A DNA stretch of 64,000 nucleotides from Trichodelitschia bisporula (taxonomy: Eukaryota), in NCBI GenBank assembly GCA_010356995.1, contig ML996701.1, positions 426,963 to 490,962 on the forward strand. The letters are read 5' to 3'. The notes below the pieces were generated by a model, which was not told the origin of the DNA, did not search any database, and saw nothing but the letters and a program-made list of their open reading frames with translations. This document shows, piece after piece, positions 59,960 through 64,000 of the stretch; the first letter of the stretch is position 1, and every line of letters begins with the position of its first letter. The position numbers and the translations under genes were made by a program.

Positions 59960-60640
59960 GCTCATCCCGAGCCGCTCGTGTCAGCCGTCAACTGGAGCCT
60001 GGTCGATTATGTGGCTGTGGTGGGCGGCTGGGGCACATCGGCGTTGCACTTGCGACAGCACATCCGCGGCTGTGGGTTATTGTGCAAGATTGCCGACGTG
60101 GTAGAAATACCTGGCCGAGACGAACTAGACGTCGACCCCCTAAAGCTTGTGTACAACTGGCTGTCGAATAAAGACCGCGGGTGCTGGCTTCTTGTTCTTG
60201 ATAATGCCGAAGACCAGGCTCTCTTCTCCTCGGACCCTCCTTTGGCGGATTTCTTACCACAATCTCACCATGGAACCATCCTCATAACATCGTGCAGTCA
60301 GAGCCTCGCATCCCGCCTAACTGGTGGTGTTTCGGCCGTACTAAAGGCTGAACCCATGGACCAGGACCGCGGCGTGAGCCTTCTGAATAAGAAGCTGCCG
60401 GAGAGTTCGGCCTGCGGCCAGGCCATCGATATGGTTGAGGAGCTTGAGGGCATGCCGCTGGCAATTACCTAAGCCGCGCTGCCTACATCGGCCATGGCTT
60501 CCGGTTATCACTGTGGCTCAGTACCTACAGCACCTTCGTGGAAGCAATGAGCACCAATCTAGAGTGCTGGCTAGGGACTTTGGAGACTTGCGTCGAGAGA
60601 GTGGAGCGCAGGATGCTGCGAGGTGGACGGTTGCGGCCTG
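59960..60640 (+). pseudogene. NB-ARC-type fungal NLR-like gene remnant
   Basis: Degenerate P-loop (VAVVGGWG), LVYNWLS...WLLVLDNAED, FLPQSHHGTILITS, LEGMPLAIT then TAA where Gln is expected, a frameshift, then ITVAQYLQHL...DLRRE. Confidence 0.8.
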
Positions 60641-61297
60641 TGCGCTTCGAGAGATGGGAAACCAGAATGAATCGGTGTCATGTCAACAGTATAGAGCCAA
60701 TCCAATTCTCTGATCCCGTGCGCGATTTTGAGCCGAAGTTACCCTGGTTGGAGGTTATAGTTCTACCATGGCACGTGATAATCTCCCTATGGTTGAGAGG
60801 TCGTGATGTCTGTCTTACGTGCAGCACTCACGAGCGTACGTGGCTCTGTTAACTACTTCTACGGCTAGCAGACAAGAGCACCCACAATCATTTGCTCTAC
60901 AATAAGCGGGCAAACCCGCTTCACCATGAGGGTTACTGGAGCTGCGAAAGAGAGCTTCGCCTGCCAGCAGTGCTTCGCCCATCACCTCTTACAATATTCA
61001 GCCTTTCGGCCTTCAGCCTAGCGCATTGCATCTAACCTTTATTATTCCGATCCGCAAGACGAGTCGTGGACCACCGTCATTCAGGCTTATTCCGCCCATA
61101 GTACATCCACTCACCGTCCCTATTCCGGCCCTAACTTCCTAACCGGATCCAGGGCCAGCCGGTCGATTCGTCAGCTCTAGATTGCAAGCAATTGCGATGT
61201 AAAGTACGTCGTACTCCAGTCCGCGCACAGATTACAAAATGATAGCACATAACTTCCGGCGCCGGCGCACCACCCCGCGCCCCATCCGCCTGCAAAA

Positions 61298-62959
61298 ATG
61301 AAGCATTCGCTCTCTGTCGTTCTTTTGCTTCTACGAGGCGCGGCTGCCGCAGAGTGGGTTGTTGGACAGCCGGTCCAGACGACGAGTGGCGTGGTAGGTC
61401 TGTTTCCGATGATGTAGAGCGCAGGCTGATCCCCCAGGTCCGCGGCCATCCCGCCGAAGATCACAATGAAGTTTCAGAGTACCTGGGCATTCCCTTCGCA
61501 GCACCACCTCTCGGGCCGCTGCGCTTCGCTCCGCCGGCAGCGTATGTGCCCAAGGGTAACGCGACGATAGACGCCCGCGCCTTTGGGCCCGATTGCCCGG
61601 CGCTGGTATCGCCCGTCCCGGCCAACGCGTCCGACATCGTCAAAGCGAACCTAGGGCATCTGGCGCAGAACGGGCATAACTTCAGCGAGGACTGTCTCAC
61701 GCTCAACATTTGGACTAAGCCGCAGGACTGGCCCGAGGAGCCGAGGAAAGCGGTGCTGGTCTGGATTTACGGCGGCGGGTTCACGACGGGGTCTACTGCT
61801 ATCCCGTTTTATAATGGGCAGGTGTTTGCGGAGAGGGCGGGGACGGTGGTAGTTAGTATTAACTATCGGGTTAATGTGTTTGGGTTTCCGGGGGCGCCGC
61901 TGGAGGATATGAATCTGGGCTTGTTGGATCAGAGGAAGGCAGTGGAGTGGGTGAGGGATAATATTGCGGCGTTTGGGGGGGATCCGAACCGTATTACGTT
62001 GTTTGGAGAGAGTGCGGGGGCGCGCGCGGTTGATATTTACAGCTATGCGTGGACGAAGGATCCGATTGTTAACGGGTTTATTGCGGAATCGGGCGCGGCG
62101 CCGCTGGTCTCCGGCACGAAACATAATCCCGCGACGTGGTTTGAGCTGAGCACGCGGCTCGGGTGCGGCGGCTCCGCGGCTGCGAATAAGACCGTGGAAT
62201 GCGTGCGCGGGAAAACGTGGAGGCAGGTGTTGGATGGGATGGGCACGGCGGGGGGGACGAGGCGTCTGCTCAGCTTTGTGCCAGTTGTGGATGAGAAGGT
62301 GTATTTCAGCGATTATGATGTCCGGGCGAAGGAGGGGCGGTTTATCAAGCGCGTGAGTGGCCTGGGTTTCGTGTTGGTGGGCTGGCTAATGGGTGCGGCA
62401 GCCCATGCTCGTCGGCAACAACGACAACGAAGGCGGTCTCTCCGCCGCCACGCAGAAGGCCAGTCCCGCCGCCGTCGACGCCATAAACGCAGGATACACG
62501 TGCGGCGCCGCAGCGGCCGCTGCCCGCCGGCGCGCGCTCGGGATCCCCGCGTGGCGGTACCGCTTTGTCCCCGTGTGGAGCAACCAGGCCTTCGCAGAGG
62601 GAGTCGGCGCATACCATTCCTCTGAGATCCCGGCTGTGTTCGGGCTGAGCGAGAGTATCTTCCCCGACATCCCGGCGAGCGAGGAGCAGCTCCGACTCAG
62701 CGCGACGATGAATAAGGCTTGGACTATGTTTGCGCAGGATCCGGAAAAGGGGTTGTTGGACCTCCGGTGGCCGTTGTATGATGCGAAGAGTAAGTTCCAC
62801 GTGATGCGGGGAAGGGTGGGGCTGATGGTGATTGCAGATGATACGCTTATTATTCTCGGCGAGCAGAATACTCGTAATGTGGGCTTCGATCTCGGGGAGC
62901 GGTATGATGCGAAGTGCGCGTCGCTCATGAGCAGCATGTCGAGCGGGAAGGGGGCGTAG
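61298..62959 (+). CDS. Secreted type-B carboxylesterase; 4 exons
   Basis: Signal peptide MKHSLSVVLLLL; introns 61394-61437, 62353-62401, 62790-62837; YLGIPFA, SEDCLTLNIW, WIYGGGF, FGESAG, GAYHSSEI. Confidence 0.92.
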
Positions 62960-63555
62960 GATTAGTCATCTCAGCCTTGCCGCGCTGTGGCAAGGCGCAA
63001 GTATCACGAGCCTCCCGAAGCGGACAAATCGGCAAGATCATATGCGCCCAAACCGTCCATCTCTAGGGTTGATCAAGCGGAAGACCTGCTCAAAGCACTC
63101 AATCGGTCTCGCCAACCCTCCCCGGGCTTGTCTCCGTTATATGAACCCCCACATAAAATCCCCGCCACAACCGAGGGCACCCAGACCCCCTGCTCTACGG
63201 CCATCAAGCCGAAACTCGCCAACGCGGAAAGGTTGGGCGATGGGCGCAAGCTCGCTGCTCGGCACGCAGCCCTCCGCGCTGCTCAGTAGAGTGTGCGGCT
63301 GCGATATGCGAGCCTCCAAGCCGGCGGGCGTAGAGCGTAGAGCCCTATCTCCCGCGCGATGCCTAGATCCATATACACATATTACGCCGGGCGCACGCGC
63401 ATGGCACCCGTGCGCGCACATTTGACCCAGCGCATGCCCCAGGTGGCGGGAAGGTGAGAAACAAAAGCTATCGTAGGAATTGCAAAGAACTTTCCTACGC
63501 GGGTTGACACTGGTGGCTCCTTCTTTCTTTTGGTTGTTGAGAGATTTTTGAAGCC

Positions 63556-64000
63556 ATGTTGCTTATTCTTGGGACGGCGCTTGTTGCGCTTGCGGCTGCG
63601 ACGCCGGTGCAGAGGCGCGCGGAGGCGATTCCGTTTGCTGGGCAGCGTATTGCCATGCCTGCGCTTGAGGCGGCGGGGTATACGGCGTATCTTGAGGCCC
63701 CGGAGCCGTGGGCGGATCCGGTGCCTGATAATGAGAGTGAGTTGTTCCGCCTTCCTCCTGTGGCTTCAGCCTGTTTCTAACTAGAGCAGTCGCCGCGCAC
63801 TCGGTGGATCTCACGCCCACCTCGGGCAGCACCCCGAGCCAAAAGATCATGTCGCTGCTCGCAGGCTTCGACGGGTCCGCCGGCTTCGGCGGGTTCGACG
63901 GCGGCGACGACGGGGTCGTAACCTCGGGCAACAGCCCCGTGCAGAACATCGGCAACACCGTGTACCTCACGCCCATCAAAGTCGGTGCACAGGATTTCCA
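63556..64000 (+). CDS. Secreted protein, probably pepsin-like aspartic protease (5' part; runs off the window)
   Basis: Signal peptide MLLILGTALVALAAA; intron ~63737-63790; last frame reads SPVQNIGNTVYLTPIKVGAQDF, resembling the A1 protease segment before DTG, which would lie outside the window. Confidence 0.6.

Noticed and set aside
52064..62959. Peptidase + monooxygenase + esterase as a secondary-metabolite cluster
   Set aside because: No PKS, NRPS, terpene synthase or pathway regulator in the window, and the genes are separated by pseudogene DNA.

Overview
Eukaryotic, intron-containing DNA from a filamentous ascomycete (Pezizomycotina-type genes; short 42-67 nt GT-AG introns with CTRAY branch points). 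It holds about 20 conventional protein genes: MDM34 (partial), an ECM15/UPF0045 protein, IPK1, a secreted His-rich protein, an AlkB-type dioxygenase, a peroxisomal acyl-CoA ligase, a vacuolar subtilisin, a BEACH protein, a DHA1 MFS transporter, the divergent mccB/ivdA leucine-catabolism pair, a PTH11-like membrane protein, a Nudix hydrolase, a Tyr phosphatase, an S9 peptidase, a flavin monooxygenase, a carboxylesterase and a partial aspartic protease. It also holds an intron-containing tRNA-Glu(CTC), minisatellites and decayed genes including an NB-ARC remnant. Three things stand out. (1) At 34.1-37.6 kb there is a six-copy tandem array of 47-64 codon, signal-peptide-less MC-x8-C(G/R)H...C...C...CxxC micro-genes. 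Their peptides have diverged strongly but they share a promoter cassette; one copy is a pseudogene and two are not in the ORF track. (2) A candidate 48-nt U2-type AT-AC intron (ATAAGT...CTAAC...CAC) sits in a bacterial-like, VHL-domain-containing S9 peptidase gene. (3) A secreted protein carries a PHM-like HH/HxH/Met copper-ligand pattern. All family calls come from motif recognition by eye; no database searches were run.
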